Assembly: GCA_033762115.1 (NCBI GenBank)
Contig: JANRLX010000066.1
Location: 1-40,976, forward strand
Length of the DNA: 40,976 bases
Reading direction: 5' to 3'
DNA from: Verrucomicrobiota bacterium
GTDB taxonomy: Bacteria > Verrucomicrobiota > Verrucomicrobiia > Limisphaerales > SXQI01
Below, in pieces: positions 26,976-36,932 of the stretch. Position 1 is the stretch's first letter. Every line of letters begins with the position of its first letter. Both the position numbers and the translations under genes were made by a program. The notes beneath the pieces were generated by a model that was not told the origin of the DNA, did no database searches, and worked only from the letters and a program-made list of their open reading frames with translations.

Positions 26976-28553
26976 ATGATAAAACATTCAATTACATGCG
27001 TCCTGGCGGCGTTGTCTATCACTGCTCCTTCCTTCGCAGGAAAAAAGGAAATTACTTTAACCCAGATCGGTCGTTATACGACCGGAGTTTTCGCAGCAGG
27101 AGCGTGCGAAATTGCCGCTCATGATCCTAAAACCCAACGGTTGTTTGTGGTGAATGCAGCTTCTTCCTCAGTGGAAGTTATCGATATTAATAACCCTGCT
27201 GCCCCCACATTGGTTAAGGTGATTGATCTGACACCTTACGGCGACCAGGCCAACAGCGTTGATTTTCATCATGGAGTCCTGGCCACCGCAGTGCAGGCGG
27301 AAGTGAAAACCAATCCCGGAAAAGTCGTCTTTTTCGATGCAGACGGCAATTTCATCAATTCAGTGGAAGTGGGCGCCCTTCCGGACATGCTGACTTATAC
27401 TCCTGATGGACGTTATGTTTTGGTTGCCAATGAAGGGGAACCAGCCAGTGATTACTCCATTGATCCGGAAGGATCAATCAGCGTCATTGATTTGAAGCGT
27501 GGCGCTGACCGCGTCACGCAGGCTGATGTGGCCACAGCCGGATTTGGTTCTTTTAACCTCGGAACGCTGGATTCTTCAGTAAGGATTTTTGGGCCCGGCG
27601 CAACTGTTGCTCAAGATTTGGAACCTGAGTATATCACTGTTTCACACGATTCCAAAACAGCCTGGGTGACGCTCCAGGAAAACAATGCACTGGCGATTGT
27701 GGACATCCGTTCGGGCGAAGTCCTGGATATCGTCGGACTCGGTTTCAAGGATCATTCTCTGCCTGGAAATGCGTTCGATCCGAGCGACCGGGACTCAGCA
27801 GTCAACGGCGGAATCAACATCGCGAACTGGCCTGTTTATGGAATGTACCTTCCTGACGCGATTGCATCCTTCCGGGCCAAGGGGCGCACATATCTTATTA
27901 CAGCCAACGAAGGGGATGCCCGTGATTACAGCGCATTTGCTGAAGAAGCCCGCGTCAGTTCTTTGTCCCTTGACCCGACGGCGTTTCCTAATGGTGCATT
28001 CTTGAAAAACAATGCGAGATTGGGTCGGTTGAGTGTCACAAAGACATTAGGTGACAGTGATGGAGATGGTGATTATGACGCGCTGTATTCCTTTGGCGGT
28101 CGCTCCTTCTCCATCTGGAATGCGGATGGTTCGTTGGTTTTTGACAGCGGTGATGACCTCGAACAGTTGACGGCGGCTTTGCTTCCTTCAGTTTTCAATT
28201 CCGACCACGAATCCAATGGCAGCCGCGATACTCGCAGCGACAATAAAGGACCTGAGCCGGAAGCTGTGACTGTTGGAGAAGTGAAAGGTGAAACCTACGC
28301 CTTCATCGGTTTGGAAAGAATGAGCGGTATCGTGGTTTACAATGTGTCAAACCCGGCTGCACCAGAGTTCGTCCAGTATGTCAATCCACGCGATTTCGCT
28401 GGAAATGCAGCTGCCGGAACTGCGGGCGACCTTGGACCTGAAGGGTTGCATTTCATTCCAAACTCCGAAAGTCCAACCGGAGATGCGTTGCTGGTCGTCG
28501 CCAATGAAATCAGTGGATCAGTCAGTATTTATTCGATTTCAAAGGTGAAGTAA
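26976..28553 (+). CDS. choice-of-anchor I family, alkaline-phosphatase-like secreted beta-propeller protein
   Basis: Signal peptide; ANEGEP, DLEPEY, LQENNA, TANEGD.R, RSDNKGPEPE, IGLER, GPEGL, VANEISG motifs. Confidence 0.85.
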   Translation: MIKHSITCVLAALSITAPSFAGKKEITLTQIGRYTTGVFAAGACEIAAHDPKTQRLFVVNAASSSVEVIDINNPAAPTLVKVIDLTPYGDQANSVDFHHGVLATAVQAEVKTNPGKVVFFDADGNFINSVEVGALPDMLTYTPDGRYVLVANEGEPASDYSIDPEGSISVIDLKRGADRVTQADVATAGFGSFNLGTLDSSVRIFGPGATVAQDLEPEYITVSHDSKTAWVTLQENNALAIVDIRSGEVLDIVGLGFKDHSLPGNAFDPSDRDSAVNGGINIANWPVYGMYLPDAIASFRAKGRTYLITANEGDARDYSAFAEEARVSSLSLDPTAFPNGAFLKNNARLGRLSVTKTLGDSDGDGDYDALYSFGGRSFSIWNADGSLVFDSGDDLEQLTAALLPSVFNSDHESNGSRDTRSDNKGPEPEAVTVGEVKGETYAFIGLERMSGIVVYNVSNPAAPEFVQYVNPRDFAGNAAAGTAGDLGPEGLHFIPNSESPTGDALLVVANEISGSVSIYSISKVK

Positions 28554-28572
28554 TACTTCGAATATATTTCAC

Positions 28573-28603
28573 ACCCCGCTTCAGAAAAGAGGCGGGGTTT
28601 TTT
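28573..28603 (+). terminator. intrinsic terminator between convergent genes
   Basis: ACCCCGCTTC-agaaaa-GAGGCGGGGT followed by a T-run. Confidence 0.8.
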
Positions 28604-28607
28604 ATTA

Positions 28608-29360
28608 TCAGGCGGGTGCCTGCAATTCGTAGTTCAGGACTGAGAGAGCGTAAATGGCGGCGGTTTCGCTTCGCAATACGAGTTGGCCCAGACTGATGGG
28701 CAGTGCTCCGGCATTTCGAATGGAATTGATTTCAGCTGGAGTGAAGTCACCTTCCGGCCCGATCCAGATGTAAATGGATTTGGGAAGCCGCTTTTTCTCG
28801 GCTTGAAATTCCCGAATGAATGTTCGTGGATGTCGCGCATCGGATTGAAGGGTGGCGATGAACGCAATTTCAGCACGGTCCCCGGACCCAAGATAAGCAT
28901 TCGGGGTGGTGGGAAGTTCAATTTTAGGAATCCATGCGGAACCGCATTGCTTGATTGATTCGACCGCAATGGCGTTCCATTTTTCCAGCTTGCCACTGGC
29001 GCTTTCCTCCTCGATTTGCGAAACGGTGCGATCCGAGACAATTGGAATGATTCTGTGCGTTCCGAGCTCGGTTGCTTTCTGGACGATAATATCCATGTTT
29101 TTCCCCTTTGGGATGGCCTGGACGAGTGTCAATTGGTAGGGCAGGGGAGGAATGTTGTTTTTCTGATAAACCTTAAGACTGACTGATTCGGCCTCGGCTT
29201 GCTGCACTTCGCAAAGCAACTCCAGGCCAACGCCGTCTAGGACGACGACACGTTCACCTTCACGAATTCTCAGGACTTTGACGGCATGATGGGATTCACG
29301 TTCAGAAAGGGTGATCACCGGTTTCTGACTTTGGGCAGGCTCAATGTAAAAACGATGCAT
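28608..29360 (-). CDS. rsmE: 16S rRNA m3U1498 methyltransferase
   Basis: MHRFY, HH..KVLR, QKATELG, IGPEGDF, LG..VLRSETA. Confidence 0.95.
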   Translation of the reverse strand: MHRFYIEPAQSQKPVITLSERESHHAVKVLRIREGERVVVLDGVGLELLCEVQQAEAESVSLKVYQKNNIPPLPYQLTLVQAIPKGKNMDIIVQKATELGTHRIIPIVSDRTVSQIEEESASGKLEKWNAIAVESIKQCGSAWIPKIELPTTPNAYLGSGDRAEIAFIATLQSDARHPRTFIREFQAEKKRLPKSIYIWIGPEGDFTPAEINSIRNAGALPISLGQLVLRSETAAIYALSVLNYELQAPA

Positions 29361-30503
29361 TTATCGGAAAAGACTTTTGGCTTTCTCAAAAAATCCGCGA
29401 CTGATCGGGTTGGTGTTGGAATCGCACAATTCGGCGAATTCCTGAAGTTTGGCGCGTTGTTCGCCATTCAATTTGGCGGGCACTTCAACCACCACCCGTA
29501 CATGGAGATCTCCCGTGCCGTAGCCCTGTACATTTTTGATTCCCTTGCCTTTCAATCTAAAAACGGTGCCATTCTGCGTGCCGGGGGGAATATGGACAGT
29601 GGCTTTGCCCTGGAGCGTGGGGACTTCCACTTCCGCCCCCAACGCGGCCTGGACAAATTGAATTGGAACTTCGCAGATCAGGTCATCTTCCTGCCGCTGG
29701 AAAATATCGTGCGCTTTGACATGGAGCACTACATACAGATCACCGCTTGGGCCGCCGCGAAGACCACCTTCACCATGGCCTGTGGAGCGCAGGCGTGTGC
29801 CGGTATCGACGCCAGCGGGGATTTTAAGTGGTATTTTGGAGAGTTTTTCCTTGCGGCCTTCGCCCCCGCAACTTTTGCACGGTTTTTCAATAATCATTCC
29901 TGCCCCGTGGCAACGTGAACAGGTTTGAGCGATGCTAAAAATGCCGCGTGAGGTGATGACCTGGCCACGTCCATTGCAGGTGGGACAACTTTTTCGGCTG
30001 GAACCGCTCTCGGCCCCGGATCCTCGACAAACGTCGCAAGTTTCAAGCTTGGTTACGGAAATTTCCTTTTGGGTTCCTAGTGCGGCCTCCTCAAACGTGA
30101 TTTCCATGTCGTAGCGCAGGTCCGCCCCACGTTGAGGGCCGGTGGGGTCCTGTCGCCCGCCACCAAACAGGTCCTCAAAAATACTCCCGCCGCCACCTCC
30201 TCCTCCGCCAAAAACCTCCCGAAAAATATCAAATGGATCGTGGAACCCACCGCCGCGCCCACCGGCGCGATTTCTCGGGTCGAAAGCGGCATGACCGTAC
30301 TGGTCATAGGCGGCCTTCTTTTGAGGATCACTTAAGGCTTCGTAAGCTTCCCCCAGTTCCTTGAATTTCTCCTCAGCGGCTTTATCGCCTGGATTTTTAT
30401 CCGGATGATATTTGACCGCCAATTTGCGGTAAGCTTTTTTGATATCATCAGCCGTCGCCCCTCGTTCGATGCCGAGGATTTCATAATAGTCCCGCTTTGC
30501 CAT
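29361..30503 (-). CDS. dnaJ: molecular chaperone DnaJ
   Basis: J domain with HPD, G/F region, four CxxCxGxG zinc-finger repeats. Confidence 0.97.
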   Translation of the reverse strand: MAKRDYYEILGIERGATADDIKKAYRKLAVKYHPDKNPGDKAAEEKFKELGEAYEALSDPQKKAAYDQYGHAAFDPRNRAGGRGGGFHDPFDIFREVFGGGGGGGGSIFEDLFGGGRQDPTGPQRGADLRYDMEITFEEAALGTQKEISVTKLETCDVCRGSGAESGSSRKSCPTCNGRGQVITSRGIFSIAQTCSRCHGAGMIIEKPCKSCGGEGRKEKLSKIPLKIPAGVDTGTRLRSTGHGEGGLRGGPSGDLYVVLHVKAHDIFQRQEDDLICEVPIQFVQAALGAEVEVPTLQGKATVHIPPGTQNGTVFRLKGKGIKNVQGYGTGDLHVRVVVEVPAKLNGEQRAKLQEFAELCDSNTNPISRGFFEKAKSLFR

Positions 30504-30511
30504 AGGGTGGT

Positions 30512-31081
30512 TTAGGAGCTTCCCTTCTTGGAAACAATCACCGTAGCTGGACGAATCAAGCGATCCCGCAGTTTATAGCCTTTTCGAAGCTGTTGCGCGA
30601 CATACCCTTCCGGGACGTCAGCGTTTTCCTGTTGAGAAACCGCCTCATGAAAGTTTGGGTCAAATGGCTTTCCGGCGGCATCAATTTCCTCAAGCCCGGC
30701 ATCCTGCAAAGCAGAGCGGAGTTGGGAGGAAATCATAGAAACACCGGTTTTCAAGGCATCAGCACTGTTTGCCTGTGGATTGTTGGCCGCGAGCATTGCC
30801 ATTTCAAAGTTGTCGAGCACAGGGATCAATTTTTCCAGGAGCGATTCGTTGGCATATTTGATTGCTTCCTGTTTTTCACGAACGGCCCTCTTTTTATAAT
30901 TGTCAAAATCGGCGTTCAAGCGAACAAGGCGTTCCCAATTTTCATCGGCTTTGGCAGCTTTGGCCAAAATTTCATTCAATTGGGCTTCGGTTAGTTCCTG
31001 ACCTTCCGGAGAACCTGGCACGGCTCCGCCGTTCGATTCGTTCTCCGTATTTCTTTCCTGATTTTGTTCAGATTGTTCCAT
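30512..31081 (-). CDS. grpE: nucleotide exchange factor GrpE
   Basis: [37 protein letters not shown]; likely start ATG 31081. Confidence 0.95.
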   Translation of the reverse strand: MEQSEQNQERNTENESNGGAVPGSPEGQELTEAQLNEILAKAAKADENWERLVRLNADFDNYKKRAVREKQEAIKYANESLLEKLIPVLDNFEMAMLAANNPQANSADALKTGVSMISSQLRSALQDAGLEEIDAAGKPFDPNFHEAVSQQENADVPEGYVAQQLRKGYKLRDRLIRPATVIVSKKGSS

Positions 31082-31335
31082 GTCCAATATAAGGGGCAAA
31101 AAGATACACAAACAGTTCCCCAAGAGCAACCAGCCAACGAGTGGGAAGATTCCCATTCTGGAATGAGTTCAAAGCGGGAGAAAGTGGGAATTACTGGGAA
31201 GAGCGAGAAGGAGCCCTTTATGCATCAAAAAATTCGTATTCATTTATTAGTTTAATGAAAAATCAAGTTTAAATTTTCTTGTTTTGGTAAAATCAGCCCG
31301 CTATCCTCCGGGTAACCAACCAACCCGCTTTGCCT

Positions 31336-33438
31336 ATGTACTTTGGCGTCGATTATCATCCAGAGCATTGGGTCTATCCTTACGCTGGCACTCCTGAAGA
31401 ACCTGAATCCCGCTGGGCACGTGATGCTGAACTCATGGCCGAGGCAGGAATGAATGTTGTTCGAATGGGGGAATTCTCCTGGGGCTTGTGTGAACCGGAG
31501 GAGGGGAAATTTGATTTTAGCTGGCTTCGCCGGGCAATGGATATCATGCAGGCGAAAGGGATCAAGGTGGTGCTGGGCACTCCCACAGCGGCTCCACCAT
31601 TGTGGCTTACGCGCAAACATCCGGAAATTCTCCCCGTTGATGAACATGGGCTGAAGCTTTATGAGGGGACCCGACATGCCTACTGCCTGAACAGTGATAT
31701 TTACTGGGAATATTCGAAAAAAATCGTCAGGGCCATGGCTCTTGCCCTGGGGGAGCACCCACAATTGATTGCCTGGCAGCTGGACAATGGGATCGGGGGG
31801 CATAAAACCGAGTTTTCGTTTAATGAAGAATCGCGACATGACTGGCATGCGTGGCTGCGGGCGAAGTACGAAACAATTGAAAATCTGAACCAGTATATGG
31901 GAACACGTTTCTGGGCGCAGACTGTCTTGGACTGGTCACAGGTGCCGATGCCAATGGCTGCCCCCACTGTGCATAACCCTGCACTGGTGCTGGACTGGAT
32001 GCGTTTTGCAAGTGACACCTGCATTGCGTTTATTCGCTGCCAGGCTGATCTGCTCCATGAATTGACCCCGAATATTCCAGTCACCACAAACCTGAGAGCG
32101 TTGACTCGCCATTTCGATCATTTTGACATGGCGGACGTGCTCGACTTTGTCAGTGTGGATAGCAACGCCACGATCAAAACCAGGTCTGCGGAGAATGCAT
32201 GTGACATAGACATGTTGCGTTCGTTAAAGAAGCAGAATATCCGCACTCCTGATGGAGACCAGGGGTTCTGGGTCATCGAACAAAAGGCGGGCCATGTTAA
32301 TTGGCAGGAAGTTAATTCACTGGTGCGGCCTGGAGTGGTGCGATTGTTTACCTATCAATTACTTTCGCGGGGGGCCTGCGGAGTTCTCTATTTTTTCTGG
32401 CGTCAACCACGCATTGGTTCAGAGCAATTTTATGGTGGGGTGTTGACGCATGATGGCCGGGCGGATAATCGAGTTTTTCATGAGATCAAACAGATCGGGG
32501 AGGAGATCAAGCTGCTTGCGCCAGCGTTATGCAATACCGCTGTGGTTGCGGAGACCTGCATTCTTTTTCATCACGAATCGGCCTGGAGCCTGAACCAGCC
32601 GATGCAACCCACCAAACATTTCAGGTACCGCGAGCATATTCAACTTTTTCATACCGCATTGCATGATCGCAATATTCCGGTGGACTTTGCCCGTCCCACC
32701 GAAGACCTCTCGAAGTACAAAATTGTTTTTGCACCATCCTTGCGCATGCTTTCCGCCGCAGAGGCAGATATGCTGAAGCTTTACGTCCAGAATGGGGGGA
32801 CGCTTGTGAGCACATTTAACACGAGCCTCGTGGATGAGCATCATATTGCGCCGGACAGCGGGTTTCCGGCCAACCTGACAGACCTTTTCGGAATGGAAGT
32901 CCTTGAGTTTGACCCTTTGCCGGATGGGGAGGAGAACCACATAGTTTTTAAGGGAAGCTTTCCGGCCACGCATCTGCATCCAGGCCGGGTTTGGTGCGAT
33001 GTGATTGAACCGAAGGAATGCCAGGTGGTCGCCACATATGCAAAGGATTTCTATGCCGGACGACCAGCGATTACAATGAACAGCTTCGGGCTTGGGAAGG
33101 CGATCTACATAGGAACGCAGAGTCATCAGCCCTTTTATTACGACCTGGTCACCTGGTTGAGGCAATTGTGCAATCTCTTCCCCTTGCTCAAGGTGCCGGA
33201 CACAATCGAGGTGAGCATGCGTCAGAAGGATGACACGCGGATTTATTTTCTATTGAATCATCAGAACTCGCCGGTACGGTTGCATTTTTACAAACCGATG
33301 CATGATTTTTTGACGGGGCAGACCTTTTCGGGAAATTACGATTTGCCACCTCATGGAGTTTTGGTCCTGGATGAGCATGCTGCTGAACATTCCCAGGAAA
33401 AAGAATCATCACCTGTGAGTGAACCTGTGTCAGCCTGA
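31336..33438 (+). CDS. GH42 beta-galactosidase-like protein (acid/base Glu absent)
   Basis: GVDYHPEHW, RMGEFSW...EP.EG.FDF.WL, LGTPTA.PP.W, trimerisation domain; WQLDNG instead of W..DNE. Confidence 0.85.
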   Translation: MYFGVDYHPEHWVYPYAGTPEEPESRWARDAELMAEAGMNVVRMGEFSWGLCEPEEGKFDFSWLRRAMDIMQAKGIKVVLGTPTAAPPLWLTRKHPEILPVDEHGLKLYEGTRHAYCLNSDIYWEYSKKIVRAMALALGEHPQLIAWQLDNGIGGHKTEFSFNEESRHDWHAWLRAKYETIENLNQYMGTRFWAQTVLDWSQVPMPMAAPTVHNPALVLDWMRFASDTCIAFIRCQADLLHELTPNIPVTTNLRALTRHFDHFDMADVLDFVSVDSNATIKTRSAENACDIDMLRSLKKQNIRTPDGDQGFWVIEQKAGHVNWQEVNSLVRPGVVRLFTYQLLSRGACGVLYFFWRQPRIGSEQFYGGVLTHDGRADNRVFHEIKQIGEEIKLLAPALCNTAVVAETCILFHHESAWSLNQPMQPTKHFRYREHIQLFHTALHDRNIPVDFARPTEDLSKYKIVFAPSLRMLSAAEADMLKLYVQNGGTLVSTFNTSLVDEHHIAPDSGFPANLTDLFGMEVLEFDPLPDGEENHIVFKGSFPATHLHPGRVWCDVIEPKECQVVATYAKDFYAGRPAITMNSFGLGKAIYIGTQSHQPFYYDLVTWLRQLCNLFPLLKVPDTIEVSMRQKDDTRIYFLLNHQNSPVRLHFYKPMHDFLTGQTFSGNYDLPPHGVLVLDEHAAEHSQEKESSPVSEPVSA

Positions 33439-33484
33439 AACTAATCAGCTTTCATTTAATTGAGAAAAGGTTGATCATTTTTGG

Positions 33485-33880
33485 ATGCAACGGGGTCGAT
33501 ACAGGAAGAATTATCATGCCGGTGAAGCCAAAGCGAAGGTGCTTGCCTCATGGAGAGGGATCGATATGCGACCGTTGGAGACAGCGGCCGCAGACACGGT
33601 GCGCCCGATCAAAGAGGTAATGCCTGGATTGCTCAAGGAAATTGGTCTGGAGCGAAGGCAAAGTGACCTGGAAATTTTGAAAGTGTGGAATAATTCCCTT
33701 GATCCGGTGATTACCCAACATGCGCAACCGGTGAACCTTGTTAAGGGGACCCTGTTTGTCAAAGTGGACAGCAGCGTGTGGCTGCATGAAATCCTGCGCT
33801 ACCGAAACAAGGAAATACTCCAACGTCTCAAGCATAGCTTCGGCCCGGACCTGATCAGTCGAATTTCATATAGGGCTTAA
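33485..33880 (+). CDS. DUF721 / DciA-like protein
   Basis: W...L...I..HAQP..L..G.L.V.V.SSVW.HE pattern typical of DUF721. Confidence 0.8.
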   Translation: MQRGRYRKNYHAGEAKAKVLASWRGIDMRPLETAAADTVRPIKEVMPGLLKEIGLERRQSDLEILKVWNNSLDPVITQHAQPVNLVKGTLFVKVDSSVWLHEILRYRNKEILQRLKHSFGPDLISRISYRA

Positions 33881-33944
33881 TCATGCTTTCGGCAAACGTT
33901 CTCTCCTTGATTCCAAAGGCAGACTTTTCCAAACTTTTGCATAC

Positions 33945-36893
33945 ATGACCGTCCTTCTGCTTTTCTTTTGCTCGGGAGCGACTGCCCTCGTTTACGAAGT
34001 TCTTTGGTCCAAATATCTCGCTCTGATGTTTGGAAGCACGATCCAGGCGCAGACCGTCATTCTTGCGGTATTCATGGGAGGACTTGCGGTGGGAAATCGC
34101 TTATTTGGAAAGGTGGCTGACAAGCTGCGTGATCCTTTGGCGGTTTACGGTTATCTGGAAGGGATTATCGGCCTCTACGGATTCTTTTTCGCGAAAATCC
34201 ATTCGGTCGCGGACTTCTTATTTGTCTGGGCAGGTTCATCGATCGTGGAAAATGGCAGCTTGTTGCTAGGCTTAAAAATGGTGATCAGCATTTTGCTGCT
34301 GGCAATTCCCACGATCCTTATGGGTGGAACATTGCCGCTGATAGCTGCATGGTTGAAGCGGAGGGACGCGGAGGCAAGTCGTGTTTCAGCTCGATTTTAT
34401 GCGGTGAACAGCCTCGGAGCAGTCACAGGCGCTGCGCTTGCAGGATTTGTGATGGTCACTTCGTTCGGGATGGTAGCGAGCCTTCAGCTGACAGGAATGC
34501 TAAACGTTCTGATTGCGCTGGCGGCAATTGTGATCGCAAGAAGAAGCGTGTTTGATTTGAGAGCACCAACACCTGCGCCAGTTTCTCCTCCAGAGCGTGC
34601 CAGCGGGGTTGCGACATTGCCTGTTATGAATCTTTCATTGCTGGTGGCGTTGACGGGTGGGATTTCGATGGGAATGGAAGTGCTGGCTTCACGCACAATT
34701 GGATTAATTGTGGGTGGATCGCTGCAGGCATTCGCGCTGGTATTGATTTCATTTATTTTGGGGATTGGCCTCGGAAGCATTTTTGTCTCAACGAAAATGG
34801 CATCATGGATTGCACCGGTCCGGCTGATTTTCGGTTTTCTTTTTGGAGCGGCGGCGCTGTTGATGATCTTCATCGATAATATTGAGCAATGGGTGATCTT
34901 CTATTCGCAAACCCGGTTTGCCCTGGCATCCAATTCCTCTGGTTACGTGCTGCATCAATTGCTGATTATTTTCCTGAGCATCATCATTTTGGGAATTCCA
35001 GCGGCATTGTTGGGTTCCGTGTTGCCGCTTTCGATCCGGGTTGCAGGAAATGATTCTGAAAAGCTCGGGGACCTTGTGGGAAAACTGCTGACATGGAACA
35101 CCCTTGGGGCAGTGGTCGGAGTTCTTGTGACCGGATTCATTTTAATGCCTGTTTTTGGAATTCGCTCTGCAATAGCGATTCTGGCGCTGATGATGTGCGG
35201 CAGCGCCTTGTTTCTCGCGCTGCGTTCACAATTTCAGAAAGGGGCGATTGCGGCGGGAATTCTCGCAGGGATTCTTTGTTATTTGCTTGTCGGAAGCGGC
35301 AGCCAGAAATGGAAACAGATTGTCGGTTCGGGAATTTTTCGGCTTCGTAGCGCCCCGCTTTCAAGTGACATGATACGGGACCGGGGGCAACGGGTGAAAC
35401 TCCTCTTTTACAGGGATGCAGCTGATGCGACTGTCAGCGTGGAAACCGGTACTGCGGAATCGTACGGTGACCAACGTGTGCTGCGGATCAATGGGAAGGC
35501 CGATGCTTCCACACAGGGGGATCTTTCCACTCAATATTTGTTAGGGCACCTGCCATTCTTTGCCAGGCCGGACAGCAAGGAAGTTTTTATTCTCGGATTT
35601 GGGAGCGGGATTACAGCTGGCGCTGTATTGGGACATCCCATTGACCGTGTAACAATCGCGGAGAACTGTCGCCCGGTTCTGGAAGCAGCACGATTTTTTG
35701 AGCGATGGAACCGTGGTGTCCTGACGAATTCGCGCACGCGGATTTTCCGGGAAGATGCACGGACAATTCTAAAACTGAGCCCTGACAAATATGACATCAT
35801 TATCAGTGAGCCATCCAACCCATGGGTTGCAGGAATCGGGAGTGTTTTCAGCAAGGAATTTTATGAAATTGCCTCCAATCGGCTCAAGGATGGGGGAGTC
35901 ATGGCGCAATGGTTTCATATTTATGAAATGCATGACGGGATCGTGTCACTGGTAATCAGGACATTCAGTTCAGTCTTTCCGCATGTGGAAATCTGGGACA
36001 CGGAAGATGGTGATATTGTACTTCTGGGTTCACACAAACCGTGGGAAACCGGGCCTGCTCAATATCAGAAGGTTTATGAAAGGAATCGCCCCAGATTGGA
36101 TCTGGAAGAAATCGGGTTGAAGACGCCATTGTCTGTGTGGGCAAGGCAGATAGCATCGCAGAATACTGCCTATGCGATTCCAGGGAACGGCCCGATCCAA
36201 ACCGATGAATTTCCTGTGCTGGAATATTCTGCCCCGGAAGCTTTCTTCATTGGGCGTCCGGCGGAAGAACTCTTCAGGTACGATGAGCGGATCAGGCAGT
36301 CATTTTTAGCAGACCCCAAAAAAAGTACGGTCTTGAGGGCGCTGCCTGAAGCTGTTTTCAGTGGTATCTTTCAGGAGTTCACGACGAGCAACATGGAGTT
36401 GCTCAATTATTATGCCTGGCGCGTCGCTCGAATGGGGGGAGGGGAGGAGCACCCCGTGTATGGAACTTCACCATTATTGCCGATTATTTTTCGCCCACCT
36501 GTTTCTTACCCGGAACAAGTGACTCTTCCACCCACAGCATCCAGCAATCGGGTGGCGGTGGCGAAGCATGAACTGAATTTATTGAGGAACCCGCAGGATT
36601 GGGACAAAAGCATTGCTGGAATCGAGCAACAGATCGCGACGATCAATACAAATGTGGATGGTATTCTCGATTGGGATGTGGCCTATTATTCCACATTGGC
36701 AACCAAAGTGCCGATTGCCCACAAGCAGTATGACCGGGCATTTCGAAACCTTGTCAAAGGGCGCAGTTTTTTTCCTGCAAACCCGGAACTGCTTTATCTT
36801 GAGCGAGTCCTACAGAGGCACCTTCCTGAACCGCCGAAAGAAGTTTCGGAGAAAAACAGCGGAGAAAATAACCTTGCCGAGGCGCGGAATTAA
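33945..36893 (+). CDS. fused MFS-like membrane / spermidine-synthase-like SAM-binding protein
   Basis: FFCSGATALVYEV.W, FMGGLA.G, YAVNSLGA, two TM repeats, then INGKADAS, LGFGSG, DIIISEPSNPW; extra C-terminal domain. Confidence 0.88.
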   Translation: MTVLLLFFCSGATALVYEVLWSKYLALMFGSTIQAQTVILAVFMGGLAVGNRLFGKVADKLRDPLAVYGYLEGIIGLYGFFFAKIHSVADFLFVWAGSSIVENGSLLLGLKMVISILLLAIPTILMGGTLPLIAAWLKRRDAEASRVSARFYAVNSLGAVTGAALAGFVMVTSFGMVASLQLTGMLNVLIALAAIVIARRSVFDLRAPTPAPVSPPERASGVATLPVMNLSLLVALTGGISMGMEVLASRTIGLIVGGSLQAFALVLISFILGIGLGSIFVSTKMASWIAPVRLIFGFLFGAAALLMIFIDNIEQWVIFYSQTRFALASNSSGYVLHQLLIIFLSIIILGIPAALLGSVLPLSIRVAGNDSEKLGDLVGKLLTWNTLGAVVGVLVTGFILMPVFGIRSAIAILALMMCGSALFLALRSQFQKGAIAAGILAGILCYLLVGSGSQKWKQIVGSGIFRLRSAPLSSDMIRDRGQRVKLLFYRDAADATVSVETGTAESYGDQRVLRINGKADASTQGDLSTQYLLGHLPFFARPDSKEVFILGFGSGITAGAVLGHPIDRVTIAENCRPVLEAARFFERWNRGVLTNSRTRIFREDARTILKLSPDKYDIIISEPSNPWVAGIGSVFSKEFYEIASNRLKDGGVMAQWFHIYEMHDGIVSLVIRTFSSVFPHVEIWDTEDGDIVLLGSHKPWETGPAQYQKVYERNRPRLDLEEIGLKTPLSVWARQIASQNTAYAIPGNGPIQTDEFPVLEYSAPEAFFIGRPAEELFRYDERIRQSFLADPKKSTVLRALPEAVFSGIFQEFTTSNMELLNYYAWRVARMGGGEEHPVYGTSPLLPIIFRPPVSYPEQVTLPPTASSNRVAVAKHELNLLRNPQDWDKSIAGIEQQIATINTNVDGILDWDVAYYSTLATKVPIAHKQYDRAFRNLVKGRSFFPANPELLYLERVLQRHLPEPPKEVSEKNSGENNLAEARN

Positions 36894-36932
36894 CCTGCAA
36901 CGGAAGTAGGATTGATGGAAAATCGCCGCGTG

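Noticed and set aside
31252..31848. 198-aa minus-strand ORF (and 32527-33165)
   Set aside because: Antisense to the GH42-like gene; no independent support.
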